DNA of 64,000 nt from Candidatus Oxydemutatoraceae bacterium (GCA_965219575.1 OZ244779.1:32001-96000), one strand, 5' to 3'. Positions 31,465 through 41,958 are shown, counted from the stretch's first letter. Notes: generated from the letters alone by a model not told the origin. Made by a program: numbers and translations.

Positions 31465-31479
31465 GCCAAGGAGATTATA

Positions 31480-31638
31480 ATGCGAGAGAAAATAAAACTT
31501 GTATCCAGTGCCGGTAGCGGCCATTTTTACACCGCAACCAAAAACAAAAAGACCGCAGGCACCAAAAAACTGGAACTGAAAAAATTCGACCCGACCGTCC
31601 GCAAGCATGTAATCTATAAAGAAGCCAAAATCAAGTAA
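31480..31638 (+). CDS. rpmG: 50S ribosomal protein L33
   Basis: Manual translation [52 protein letters not shown]; follows rpmB. Confidence 0.96.
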   Translation: MREKIKLVSSAGSGHFYTATKNKKTAGTKKLELKKFDPTVRKHVIYKEAKIK

Positions 31639-31644
31639 TAACAT

Positions 31645-32195
31645 CGCCTGTTGAAACCATTATTCCCCTCCTCTGAAGGGGAATGTACCGTTTCTACCGT
31701 TCGTGGATACTTTTTCAACAGCAGACACACTGGGGCTGTTGAAAAGGTATTGGTAGCGCAAAAATCCAACCGCTTGCGCCATGAATTTATAATAACCACC
31801 AAGCCGTAGGGGCAGTATAAAGCCGCCGATTGAGCCGGTAGGTCAATCGGCAACTCTGATGTCTGCCCATAAGTACCGTTCTGCACGACACCAACCGCTT
31901 GCGCCAACAAATAATGGTTTCCATAAATTGGATGGATGAATGTATAAATCATGCAGATACGACACAACCACCCCGTCAGGCTGAATAGAACCGCCGATTG
32001 AGCCGGTAGGTCAATCGGCGTCACATTGTGCAGAACCTCAACATGATTGCTAAACGCATGCATTGCAAAGTGCGTAGGCCACCCCTCCGAAGGAGGGGAA
32101 TGTACCGCTCCTACGGTTCATGGATACTTTTTCAACAGCCCCACGCGTATCTGCACGAGTAGTATTGACCCATCCCCCTCCTTCGGAGAGGAATG
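31645..32195. repeat. composite repeat cluster between convergent rpmG and the desaturase gene
   Basis: TIRs at 31732 and ending at 32142; REP with an inserted hairpin at 31805-31868; long hairpin element at 31963-32101. Confidence 0.85.
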
Positions 32196-32210
32196 GTTTG
32201 CCTTTACAGC

Positions 32211-33425
32211 TTAGTATTTTATTTGTGCAACCGACGGTTTGAGTGTATAACCTTGCATCATCTGCGCAAACTCTATAAGCGTCTCAATACCGCTTTGTTC
32301 CGCTTGCCGACACCATTCGCATAGGGCTTCTTTGAGGTTGTGATAATCCTTATGTTTTATCACATACAGCAGTTCGTGCAGTCGGTGTCTAAAATCGCAA
32401 ACCAATTTTAAGGTTTCGTTTTTGAGCATAGCTTCGTTGAGTATTGCGTGTTCGTTAATACTAACATGATTGCGATGTTTGGGCAGAATATGTTTGACGC
32501 GCATTAACATCTGATGACAAGCGTCGTCCGCCTTCGTAAGTTCGGCTTGCAATACCGGCTTCAGCACCTTGTTGACAAATTCGTAGGTCACATGTAGGCG
32601 GCTTTCAAAGAGTGCTTTGGCAGTATCCAAATCGAGATTTTTTTCGGTCTTGTGCTTGCGCGCCGGGATTGGTGCCAAACGCAATATGGTAGCAAGTTTT
32701 AACCGATGTAGTATGCAAATGTAAAACCAGCCTATATCAAACTCCCACCACTTTGCCGACAATTTCGCAGAACTAGGATAAGCATGATGATTATTATGCA
32801 ATTCCTCTCCGCCTATCAAAATACCGAGATTGGAAAAGTTAGTCGAGTAATCGTCGGTAGGATAATTCCTATAACCTCTGAAATGTCCTATGCCGTTGAC
32901 GACACCGGCAGCAAAGAAAGGTATCCACAACATTTGAATTGCCCATATTGCGACCCCGTAAAAACCGAATAGCACAAAGTGCATTGCCAATAATGCCAGA
33001 ACACCGAAATCGCCACGACCGCTATAAAGACTCTTTTCTATAGCATCGTCCGGTGTGCCACGCCCATAGATCTCCATTGTATCGGCATTAGTCGCTTCTT
33101 CGGCATAAAGTTCGGCACCCTGCCATAATACCGAGTATATCCCTTTTACGGTCGGGCTATGCGGGTCGTCGTCGGATTCGCACTTGGCATGGTGCTTGCG
33201 GTGCACCGATACCCACTCTTTGGTTTTCATCCCGGTGGTCAGCCACAACCAAAAACGCATGGCGTGGCACACTGCAGGGTGAAAGTCAACCGCCCGATGC
33301 GCTTGCGAGCGATGCAAGTATAGCGTGACACAAATAATCGTCAAATGGGTTAGGAGTAATGCAACGACTATATATCCCCACCAATCCAACTGCCACAATC
33401 CGTAGCCTGTTAATACATCAAACAT
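32211..33425 (-). CDS. acyl-CoA delta-9 fatty acid desaturase (DesA type)
   Basis: His boxes HRSQAH, HRKHH and HNNHH; KWWEFDIGW. Confidence 0.92.
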   Translation of the reverse strand: MFDVLTGYGLWQLDWWGYIVVALLLTHLTIICVTLYLHRSQAHRAVDFHPAVCHAMRFWLWLTTGMKTKEWVSVHRKHHAKCESDDDPHSPTVKGIYSVLWQGAELYAEEATNADTMEIYGRGTPDDAIEKSLYSGRGDFGVLALLAMHFVLFGFYGVAIWAIQMLWIPFFAAGVVNGIGHFRGYRNYPTDDYSTNFSNLGILIGGEELHNNHHAYPSSAKLSAKWWEFDIGWFYICILHRLKLATILRLAPIPARKHKTEKNLDLDTAKALFESRLHVTYEFVNKVLKPVLQAELTKADDACHQMLMRVKHILPKHRNHVSINEHAILNEAMLKNETLKLVCDFRHRLHELLYVIKHKDYHNLKEALCEWCRQAEQSGIETLIEFAQMMQGYTLKPSVAQIKY

Positions 33426-33619
33426 AACTGCGTAGTATAAACCATATTGCTTGTCATGTGTAGGGGTAGTTTATTCCCCCTCCCTCTGCATGTATTATGC
33501 AGGCAAAATTATCGCGTTTACTCTTGGTTTAGGGAACCGTAATCAGGGTGTGCATGGCGGTTAGAATTTTGCGAGTCATGTTGCGTTTCGGGCGGTTCTA
33601 TCAAATGCAGGCTTAGTCC

Positions 33620-33862
33620 TTACTTCGCTACCATCAACATGACGCTTGCCAAGAACACACCGATAATCGAGGTCATTGCAACGATGCTCCCGATGAATAA
33701 TGCAACGCCCCATTTACCAATGTCTGCACGAAGTTTCGATTGGGCAGCTTTTATTTCCGCTATCTCGGATGTCACCTCGGCCTTAAACTCTGCTATCTCG
33801 GTCTTAAACTCTGTGCGCATGTTAACTATCATTTCGTATAGTTTTTCGTTAGATATCTTCAT
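33620..33862 (-). CDS. small coiled-coil protein with C-terminal TM anchor (DUF1640/CCDC90-like)
   Basis: FKTEIAEFKAEVTSEIAEIKA heptads, then KW plus a hydrophobic helix; AGGAG RBS. Confidence 0.6.
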   Translation of the reverse strand: MKISNEKLYEMIVNMRTEFKTEIAEFKAEVTSEIAEIKAAQSKLRADIGKWGVALFIGSIVAMTSIIGVFLASVMLMVAK

Positions 33863-34165
33863 CTCTTTTCTCCTATTGCTAAATTATAAATAAATACCCT
33901 GCTGAAGCAAGGTTTCGCTACGGATACTAATAGCACAGCGGCATATTGGCGAGATTCGGCAATCCGACGAACGGTAGTAAATATTAGATAGACGGTGTGA
34001 GGTTGTAGGAGGATGGTGCGTTTGGAGTGTACCGATACTGTGCTTGTGCAGACCTGCGGCGACTGTTGAAAAAGTATTGGTAACGCAAAAATCCAACCGC
34101 TTGCGCCAACAAATAATGGTTTCCATAAATTGGATGGATGAATGTATAAATCATGCAGATACGAC

Positions 34166-35266
34166 GGGGCTGTTGAAAAAGTACCGTTCTGCACGAACCC
34201 AACCGCTATGCGCCGAATAATTATCCAACCCACCCGTAGGGGCGGACTAACATGTCCGCCCTAAAGTGCCGTTCTGAACAGCCGCAACCGCTTGCGCCAT
34301 TTGGGTTTGGTTTCCATAAATTAACTGGTGTACGATTTTATTTGTGCAGACGCAACGCATCACAATTCTACACAACGCTACGCCGATTGACCTACTGGTT
34401 CAATCGACAGTTCTGTTTTTCAATAGCCCCATGTCAACCCCTTGCAACTTTATTTTCTGTATTCAATGTATCGGTTGACCATTTCTGTGGGTTATATTTG
34501 ATGTATTTACGGATTTCATGTAAAAATATCTCATTATCGATAATACCATCCCAATAACTGCGCTGCCATAGCTTATTATCGAATCTCTCCCAGCCGTATC
34601 GCTTAACACCACGAATATAATCTGTGGTTGTCATAGTCTTCCACCATCGCACAATACAACTTAAAGATATTTTTTGGTTATCATGCGCAACGATAGAATG
34701 GCATTGTTGCTGCGCTTCTGTAATAGCAATAATAAAATGAATGTGATTCGGCATCACCATGCACTCATCGCATTTTATACCGGCAAACTGATGCTCAATT
34801 TGATAAAACCAAAACCATAGCATATTACCGGCATCATTACATTGCATTTGATTATTGATAATATCGCCGAATAAATATAATTTATTCCGAACACAGATTG
34901 TGACGAAATACATTCCCGGTTGAGCATAGTCGTATCCTTTCAATCGCATAGATTGACGACGGCGAGCATAAGTTTTAGGTTTGACATTTTTGTTTCTCAT
35001 AAATAATCCTTGTGGGTTAAGAATTGAATAGATGTGTATATCAAAAATTTATCAAGATAGTGAGTTTGTCTATTTAGCAATTCGACAGACGGTAGCAAAT
35101 AAACGACGAGTGGTTGTCGTAATTAGGTGGCGCAAGCGGTTGGGTTTGTGCCGAACGGTACTTTAGGGCGGACATGCCAGTCCGCCCCTACGGCTCGGTG
35201 GTTATCGTAAATTCAATGGCGCAAAGCGGTTACGGTTTTGCAGAACAGTATTTTTTCAACAGCCTC
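34166..35266. mobile_element. TIR-bounded element (TSD ACGAC) carrying a RAYT gene between two inverted REPs
   Basis: GGGGCTGTTGAAAA at 34166 and TTTTCAACAGCCTC ending at 35266; ACGAC at 34161-34165 and 35267-35271; REPs at 34236-34261 and 35166-35191. Confidence 0.75.
34434..35000 (-). CDS. REP-associated tyrosine transposase (RAYT/TnpA-REP, IS200-like Y1 HUH)
   Basis: RRQSMRLKGYDY...YFVTIC, VMPNHIHFI (HUH) and LWQRSYWD.II....YIKYNP.KW motifs. Confidence 0.9.
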   Translation of the reverse strand: MRNKNVKPKTYARRRQSMRLKGYDYAQPGMYFVTICVRNKLYLFGDIINNQMQCNDAGNMLWFWFYQIEHQFAGIKCDECMVMPNHIHFIIAITEAQQQCHSIVAHDNQKISLSCIVRWWKTMTTTDYIRGVKRYGWERFDNKLWQRSYWDGIIDNEIFLHEIRKYIKYNPQKWSTDTLNTENKVARG

Positions 35267-35319
35267 ACGACACAACCACCCCGTCAGGCTGCGCCTGCCA
35301 CCCCTCCAGAGGAGGGGAA

Positions 35320-36690
35320 TTAACTTGTACAAGTTCGCACGAAATCGCTAAACCGTTCTGCCCACCGCCCGCACGCATTGCGCTGATGGGTATACGCAGC
35401 CAGTAAATTCTTATAGACGATGCCGTCGCGCCCGTTTCCCAAACCTACACCTCTGGAAACTTTATACGCAGTAGGATAACTTTGTTTCATATCAACAAGA
35501 CGGGAATAATGAAACTCGTGTGCGTGGATCACATGACTCGTGTTGTCCTCGCCTCCCCCACCCCATATCGTCTCGCCGCTTTCGTTCAACTCGACATACC
35601 CTCTGCCTTGCGGTGTTTCGTACATTTGTGTATCGGCATCTATCACGCCGCACATTTCAAAACACCGACCCTGCCAATGAATACTACCGGTCAAATACAT
35701 CAGACCACCACATTCGGCATAGACGGGCATGCGGTCTTCTATCGCCTCGCCGACTGCATGACGTAATGCCCGATTCGCTTCGAGCGCACCCGCTTGGGTT
35801 TCGGGGAAACCGCCGCCGATAAACAAACCGTCAATCGGCGGCAGTCGGCTATCTGTCAGACTATTGATAAAGACTAATTCCGCACCGCAACTTTCGAGTG
35901 TCTCCAAATCATCCGGATAATAAAAGTTAAATGCCGAATCTTTGAACACACCGATACGTATGTCCGCATCGGGCTTTTTGTGTTTACTGCAAGTATGCGC
36001 AAGCGGTGTCGCCTGCGCCGCAAGTCGCATAATCTTTTCCAGATCTATTTGCGGTGCGATACACTCCGATAGGGTTTCAATAAATCGTAATGCGCCGGTT
36101 GCTTCGTTGGCGGGAATAAGACCTAAATGTCGCTCGGGCAGTGATAATGCTTTATCTTTCATAACGGCACCCATTACCGGTATATCGGTGTATCGTTCCA
36201 CCGCAGCGATGAGTTTTGATTGGTGGCGGGAGCCGCCTACTCGATTCAATATCACACCGCCGATGGACAATTCGCGGACAAAATTTTCATAGCCCAATAA
36301 CAATGGGGCAATGCCTCGTGTCATGCCTTCGCAATCGACGACCAACAAGATCGGACAACCGAGTAGTTCGGCAAGTGCCGCATTACTGTCGCTGCCGTCT
36401 AAAGAAATACCGTCGTAGAGACCTTTGTTCGCTTCTATCACTGCGGTTGTTCCCGGCGGCGACTTGTCCGCCACCATCGCAACGATCTCGTCGTTTGATT
36501 GAACATTGAAATCAAGGTTATAACATGTGCCACCCGCCGCTGCGGATAGCCATTGTGGGTCTATATAGTCGGGTCCCTTTTTATAAGGTGTGGGGTTCGC
36601 CGCTCGGGCTTTGAGCAATGCGATTAAGGCGGTGGTGAATATCGTTTTGCCCGACGATTTGTGCGTGGCACTAACGAATAATCTATTCAT
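35320..36690 (-). CDS. cobyrinate a,c-diamide synthase family amidotransferase (CbiA/CobB; possibly DsrN)
   Basis: HKSSGKT, KKGPDYIDP, ERHLGLIP, AFNFYY, GGGFPE, YAECGGLMYL and HEFHYS motifs. Confidence 0.88.
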   Translation of the reverse strand: MNRLFVSATHKSSGKTIFTTALIALLKARAANPTPYKKGPDYIDPQWLSAAAGGTCYNLDFNVQSNDEIVAMVADKSPPGTTAVIEANKGLYDGISLDGSDSNAALAELLGCPILLVVDCEGMTRGIAPLLLGYENFVRELSIGGVILNRVGGSRHQSKLIAAVERYTDIPVMGAVMKDKALSLPERHLGLIPANEATGALRFIETLSECIAPQIDLEKIMRLAAQATPLAHTCSKHKKPDADIRIGVFKDSAFNFYYPDDLETLESCGAELVFINSLTDSRLPPIDGLFIGGGFPETQAGALEANRALRHAVGEAIEDRMPVYAECGGLMYLTGSIHWQGRCFEMCGVIDADTQMYETPQGRGYVELNESGETIWGGGGEDNTSHVIHAHEFHYSRLVDMKQSYPTAYKVSRGVGLGNGRDGIVYKNLLAAYTHQRNACGRWAERFSDFVRTCTS

Positions 36691-38419
36691 ACGCTTGATT
36701 TATTTGATCTTGATAACGTTCAACGACTCGGGCGCGTTTTAGTTTGAGCGTCGGCGTGAGCAAACCGTTTTCAATCGTCCATGGTTCGGTCAAACAAACG
36801 ATGCGGCGTATTTTGGCATAAGCGGGAAAGGCATCCATCAACCGATTGACATGTTTATTCAATGCCGTCCGTAGACGAGTAGACGACAGTTCGGTGTCGG
36901 CAGCCAAGGTCGGGTGTGTCTTTAGATAGTGCGCTATCGCCTCTTGATCAAGCACCAAGAGAGCAATCAAGAATGCACGCCCCTCGCCGTGAACCATCGC
37001 TTGCTGGAATAGTGGATCGTGTACCAGCACATGTTCTATATCGGCGGGGGCGATTTTCTCGCCGTTGCTCAATACAATAATTTCCTTAATTCTGCCGGTA
37101 ATATACAAACGCCCCGCTTGATCCAGTCGCGCTTGGTCGCCGGTGTGCAACCAACCTTCGCCGTCTATAGCCTCGGCGGTTTTATCGGGAAGCCGCCAAT
37201 AACCTTGCATTACATTGGAGCCACGCACTAATAACTCGTCGTTTTCGGAGATTTTAACTTCCACGCCCGGCAATGCCTTGCCGACACTGCCTATGGCAAG
37301 GTCGGGAAAGTTAACCGAAACGACAGGGGAAGATTCGGTCAAACCGTAGCCTTGATAGATCGTCGCACCCAATGCTGCAAACAATTTGGACAATGCCGGA
37401 TCCAACGGTGCGCCGCCGCTAATCGTATAGCGCATACGCCCGCCGAAGACTTGTCTGAGTTTGCTTGCAAACAACAGATCCATAATCGGCCATATCGGCG
37501 CGCTAATCAGTCTTGCAAACAGCGAAGACCTGCGGTACCAGCCGAGTGCCACCGTAAATTCAAATAATTTTTGTATCAACAAAGGGCGTTGCGATAGCGA
37601 TGTCGTCAGACGATCGTACATCTGTTCGTAGAGGCGCGGCACCGAAATAAGTACCGTCGGCTTGATGTCTTGCAAGTCCGATTTGATTTGCTGCAAAGAC
37701 CGAGAAAAAGCGACTTTAGCACCGACCCACATCGTCATATAGTAGCCGGCGGTACGCTCGAAAGAATGAGACAACGGCAAAAAGGACAAAAACAAGTCGT
37801 CGGGGCCGATATTCGCAACGGTTGCTGCCGCTTGCGCATTCTTTAAGATATTGGCGTGAGTGAGCATCACGCCTTTAGGCGGTCCGGTCGTCCCCGAAGT
37901 ATAAATAATAGACGCAAGTGCCTCACCGTCTATCTCGTCGGGGAGCAGCGCATCAGCTTCGGCTTCCCAGTCCGACATACACACACATCGGGGTTCGTTA
38001 TCCACTTTTTTATCTATAGAAACCACACGTTGTAATTCCGGCAAATCATCTAAAACCAAATTCTCAATTCGCGTCGCATCGCTAAATAACAACTTAGCAC
38101 CCGAATCTTTTAAGATATGGGCAACATTGCCGGCATTGTCGTGATTATAAAGCGGCACGGTGATCAATCCGCAACCCAACGCCGCTTGGTCAAACACAAT
38201 CCAGTCTATGCCGTTTGCGAGCATGATCGCAACGCGATCTCCCGCTTGTAAGTTCTCCGACCTGAAACTGTGTTGCATTCGACCTATGCGTTTTGCGATA
38301 TCCTGCCATGTGTATTCGTGCCAAGCGTCGCGTGCTTTGTGCCATTGCAAATAAGCGCATCGGTCGCCCGACACGCGAAGCCGTTCTAAAAACAATCCGT
38401 AGAGACTTTGAGGTTCCAT
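36683..38419 (-). CDS. long-chain fatty acid--CoA ligase (AMP-binding)
   Basis: IIYTSGTTGPPKGVMLTH, YQGYGLTE, GWLHTGD and LTPTLKLKR motifs. Confidence 0.92.
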   Translation of the reverse strand: MEPQSLYGLFLERLRVSGDRCAYLQWHKARDAWHEYTWQDIAKRIGRMQHSFRSENLQAGDRVAIMLANGIDWIVFDQAALGCGLITVPLYNHDNAGNVAHILKDSGAKLLFSDATRIENLVLDDLPELQRVVSIDKKVDNEPRCVCMSDWEAEADALLPDEIDGEALASIIYTSGTTGPPKGVMLTHANILKNAQAAATVANIGPDDLFLSFLPLSHSFERTAGYYMTMWVGAKVAFSRSLQQIKSDLQDIKPTVLISVPRLYEQMYDRLTTSLSQRPLLIQKLFEFTVALGWYRRSSLFARLISAPIWPIMDLLFASKLRQVFGGRMRYTISGGAPLDPALSKLFAALGATIYQGYGLTESSPVVSVNFPDLAIGSVGKALPGVEVKISENDELLVRGSNVMQGYWRLPDKTAEAIDGEGWLHTGDQARLDQAGRLYITGRIKEIIVLSNGEKIAPADIEHVLVHDPLFQQAMVHGEGRAFLIALLVLDQEAIAHYLKTHPTLAADTELSSTRLRTALNKHVNRLMDAFPAYAKIRRIVCLTEPWTIENGLLTPTLKLKRARVVERYQDQINQAYE

Positions 38420-38594
38420 ATTAAGTTTGCCTGTAATGAGACTAATAGTATAAACTTATTTGAACCCCGGATTAACAAATCATTGTTTTATGATATGATG
38501 TTATCCTCTTTACCGGTTGGAAGATTATTATGAAAGAGATAATAACCGAGGGCATTGCAAAATTTCAAAATCAAACATTACGAGGAGTTAAATA

Positions 38595-38825
38595 ATGGAT
38601 ATAGTTTATGAAACCATAAAAAAAATCCCCGGCGTGTCCGATAATGAAGCACACGAGGTTGCATCAAGGCTGGGTAAATCAAGTGATGTTGCTACCAAAG
38701 CCGATTTAGAAAAACTAAAAGCAGAAATGTATGCGCTAAATAATCGTACCATCACCTGGATTTGTGGGTTTATCGTTGCCTATTCTTTAGTGTTGATTGC
38801 ACTAACACAGCTAGTCATTAGTTAA
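38595..38825 (+). CDS. small DUF1640/CCDC90-like head-coiled-coil-TM protein
   Basis: GVSDNEA..DVATKADL, then a C-terminal TM; GAGGAG RBS; paralog at 43086. Confidence 0.65.
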   Translation: MDIVYETIKKIPGVSDNEAHEVASRLGKSSDVATKADLEKLKAEMYALNNRTITWICGFIVAYSLVLIALTQLVIS

Positions 38826-38959
38826 TGAGCGAGGATTGGTATCTCAGCAATCCCATAAACAATTTATGATCTGCGTAGGCAACCGCCTAAAGAGTAATCA
38901 AACAAAGAAATAAAAGCAACGACAGAATGTGATATTCGTAAAACCACGACCTAAGCCAC

Positions 38960-39400
38960 ATAACCGTAGGGGTGGGCATAAACTTGGTGGATAAATGTAT
39001 AAATCGTGCAGACACGCTGCGACCACCCCGTCAGGCTGCGCCTGCCACCCCTCCACAGGAGGGGAATGGACCAACACTATACTCGGGCAGACACGGCGGG
39101 ACTGTTGAAAAAGTGCGGCATCCTACGAATCCAATCACTTGCGCCATTTGGTTTTGGTTTCCATAAATTGGCTGGATGAATGTATCAATCGTGCCGACCA
39201 ACGCGTTACGGGCGGACATGCTAGTCCGCCCCTACATTTTATGAAATACTTTTTCAACAGCCCCACGCTACCACCACCCCATGAAAAGGCTTACATTTTT
39301 TATATATGCTAGGGTTCTGCACAATGTTACGCCGATTGACCTACTGGCTCAATCGGTGGTTCTATTGCGCCTGCCACCCCTCCACAGGAGGGGAATTATG
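38960..39400. repeat. repeat cluster with short MITE 39098-39264 and hairpin elements
   Basis: GGGACTGTTGAAAA and TTTTCAACAGCCCC ends; REP at 39210-39235; CCCCTCCACAGGAGGGG hairpins at about 39047 and 39377. Confidence 0.85.
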
Positions 39401-39430
39401 GTTGTCGTAGATTAGTTGCTTTGATATAGG

Positions 39431-40384
39431 ATGAATAACAGATACGAGCAATTGTACGGTTGGCTGGAACAGAAGTTCGGCCGAGACTCTTTCACCCTGC
39501 AAGCACTCAATAACGACGCAAGTTTCAGGCAGTATTACAGGGTTTTCACAAACGGGGATACATTCATCGCAAGCGATATGCCGCCCGATAAGGAGAACCC
39601 GGTTGCATTTAAGGACATCACAACCCTACTCGCAGATAATCATGTGCGGGTGCCGTTGATACACGCCTGTGATGTTGCCACCGGACTATTCCTGCTAGAC
39701 GATTTCGGCAACACGACTTACCTCGAGGCACTCTCGGCAGACACCGCCGACCCGTTATATCGGCTTGCGATAGACGAGTTGTTGAAAATACAAAGGATTG
39801 AAACGGACACATTGCCGCCTTACGACAGCACCCTGTTGCTCGAAGAGATGCAACTGTTTACCGATTGGTATTGCAAGGTTCATTTAGGCAAGAAACTCAA
39901 CGCAGACGACGAAAAACTCATCGCACAAAGTTTCAATTGTTTGATAGATAATGCGCTGCAACAACCACAAGTTTTCGTACATCGCGACTATCATTCGCGC
40001 AACCTGATGCGCTGTGCCGACCATTCGGTAGGTGTGCTGGATTATCAAGATGCCGTCTTAGGACCTATTACCTACGACCTGGTCTCTTTGCTAAAGGATT
40101 GTTATATAGAATGGCAACCCGCACAACAATTAAAATGGTTACACTATTTTTTGGAGCATACACCGCGGCGATTAGACGAAGCGCAGTTTACACGCTGGTT
40201 TGACTTGATGTGCATACAACGGCATCTAAAAACAACCGGCATTTTTGCTCGCCTCAATCACCGCGACCACAAACCCGCTTATCTGGCCTCTATCCCGAGA
40301 AACCTACGCTACATAAAACAAGCGATTACCAATTATCCCGAACTTGCGGGGTTGCATGAATTCATCGAAGGGCTTGCACAATGA
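39431..40384 (+). CDS. amgK: anomeric MurNAc/GlcNAc kinase (APH-like phosphotransferase)
   Basis: DASFRQYYR and VHRDYHSRNLM..LDYQDAVLGPITYDLVSLLKD motifs; directly upstream of murU. Confidence 0.85.
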   Translation: MNNRYEQLYGWLEQKFGRDSFTLQALNNDASFRQYYRVFTNGDTFIASDMPPDKENPVAFKDITTLLADNHVRVPLIHACDVATGLFLLDDFGNTTYLEALSADTADPLYRLAIDELLKIQRIETDTLPPYDSTLLLEEMQLFTDWYCKVHLGKKLNADDEKLIAQSFNCLIDNALQQPQVFVHRDYHSRNLMRCADHSVGVLDYQDAVLGPITYDLVSLLKDCYIEWQPAQQLKWLHYFLEHTPRRLDEAQFTRWFDLMCIQRHLKTTGIFARLNHRDHKPAYLASIPRNLRYIKQAITNYPELAGLHEFIEGLAQ

Positions 40385-41049
40385 AGGCGATGATCTTGGC
40401 GGCAGGTCAAGGCATGCGCATGCGTCCGTTGACCGAGCGTATTCCCAAAGCATTGATTGAAGTGAACGGTGCGTGCTTGATAGAACACCATCTGATGCGT
40501 ATACGAGACGCCGGTATCACCAATGTCGTCATCAATTTGGGACACTTGGGCGCAATGATAAAAGACACGCTAAAAGACGGTAGTGCCTACGGTGTGCGCA
40601 TCGTTTATTCGGACGAAGGGACGCACACTTTGGAAACCGCCGGCGGCATCGTCAATGCTCTGCCGTTGCTAGGCGACGACCTTTTCTTCGTCATCAATGC
40701 CGATGTCTATACGGATTACCAGATTCATCCGATCACACTCCAAGCACCCATGCAGGCACATTTGATTATGGTGAACAATCCCTCGCATAACCCCGACGGA
40801 GACTTCGGCATAGCCGATGACCGCTTAGTTCATAATGCGGCAACCCAACTCACTTTCAGTGGCATGGGCTATTACACCGTCGCTTTATTCGAAGGGTTGA
40901 AGCCGCAACGCTTACCGTTGCTTAAGGTTCTGCAACCGGCAATCGCGCGCGGTTTGATTAGCGGCGAATATTATCAAGGAAAATGGGTGGATATCGGTAC
41001 AATGGAACGATTAAATTCGCTACTTACCGACACCACTACACCGACATAA
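40381..41049 (+). CDS. murU: N-acetylmuramate alpha-1-phosphate uridylyltransferase
   Basis: MKAMILAAGQGMRMRPLT..IPKAL, LETAGGI and NPSHNPDGDF motifs; coupled to amgK. Confidence 0.87.
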   Translation: MKAMILAAGQGMRMRPLTERIPKALIEVNGACLIEHHLMRIRDAGITNVVINLGHLGAMIKDTLKDGSAYGVRIVYSDEGTHTLETAGGIVNALPLLGDDLFFVINADVYTDYQIHPITLQAPMQAHLIMVNNPSHNPDGDFGIADDRLVHNAATQLTFSGMGYYTVALFEGLKPQRLPLLKVLQPAIARGLISGEYYQGKWVDIGTMERLNSLLTDTTTPT

Positions 41050-41058
41050 GCAACCATC

Positions 41059-41958
41059 GTGAAACATATCATCTCACAATCCGAACGGCATCTCAGCACC
41101 GGAAATTGCCCCGAATGGCTATATAAAGTAGTGCAGGATAATGTTCGCACCGCGCTTGCCGAAGATATGCCGGAGGAAGACCTCAGCACGCGTATGGCAC
41201 AACCTCAAACGACCGGAGCGGCGGTAATCGTATCCAACGAAGCTGCAATAATTGCAGGTCAATTTTGGGTGGACGAAGTGTTTAATCAAATACAAGCCGA
41301 CCTCTCGGTGGAGTGGCACACAAAAGACGGACACGCGGTCAGTGCCGGACAACAGCTCTGCACCATCGGCGGACGGTTGCCGGCGATACTGCACGCAGAA
41401 CGATGCGCATTGAATTTTTTGCAAACACTCTCGGGAACTGCGACCACCGTGGCGCACTATGTGGCACAATTAGGCAAAGCGAACCACACACTCATAGCGG
41501 ATACCCGCAAAACCATCCCCGGCCTCAGATTGGCACAAAAATACGCCGTAGTCTGCGGCGGCGGCATCAATCACCGCCTTGATTTATCCGACGGTGTGCT
41601 ATTAAAAGACAACCATATCGCAATGCACGGATCTGTTGCTCAAGCCGTCGATGCGATACGCAAGCACACACCCGATAAAATCATAGAAGTAGAAGTTCGG
41701 ACACTGCTACAAATAGAGCAAGCACTTGCAGCGGAGGTTGATGTCATCATGCTGGATAACTTTGCATTGAGCGCCATCCCGAAAGCCGTTGCGATAATCT
41801 CGGGCAAAGCCAAAGTAGAAGTATCGGGTAACATAAAACTCCAAGACATCAAGACCATTGCAAGTTATGGGGTAGATTATATTTCCATAGGCGCACTGAG
41901 CAAACATCTACACGCAATAGACATGAGTATGAAAGTCAAACCGCATATAGGGCAATGA
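41059..41958 (+). CDS. nadC: nicotinate-nucleotide pyrophosphorylase (carboxylating)
   Basis: ER.ALNFLQTLSGTAT, DTRKTIPGLR, HR.DLSDGVLLKDNH, EVEV and IMLDNF motifs. Confidence 0.95.
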   Translation: MKHIISQSERHLSTGNCPEWLYKVVQDNVRTALAEDMPEEDLSTRMAQPQTTGAAVIVSNEAAIIAGQFWVDEVFNQIQADLSVEWHTKDGHAVSAGQQLCTIGGRLPAILHAERCALNFLQTLSGTATTVAHYVAQLGKANHTLIADTRKTIPGLRLAQKYAVVCGGGINHRLDLSDGVLLKDNHIAMHGSVAQAVDAIRKHTPDKIIEVEVRTLLQIEQALAAEVDVIMLDNFALSAIPKAVAIISGKAKVEVSGNIKLQDIKTIASYGVDYISIGALSKHLHAIDMSMKVKPHIGQ

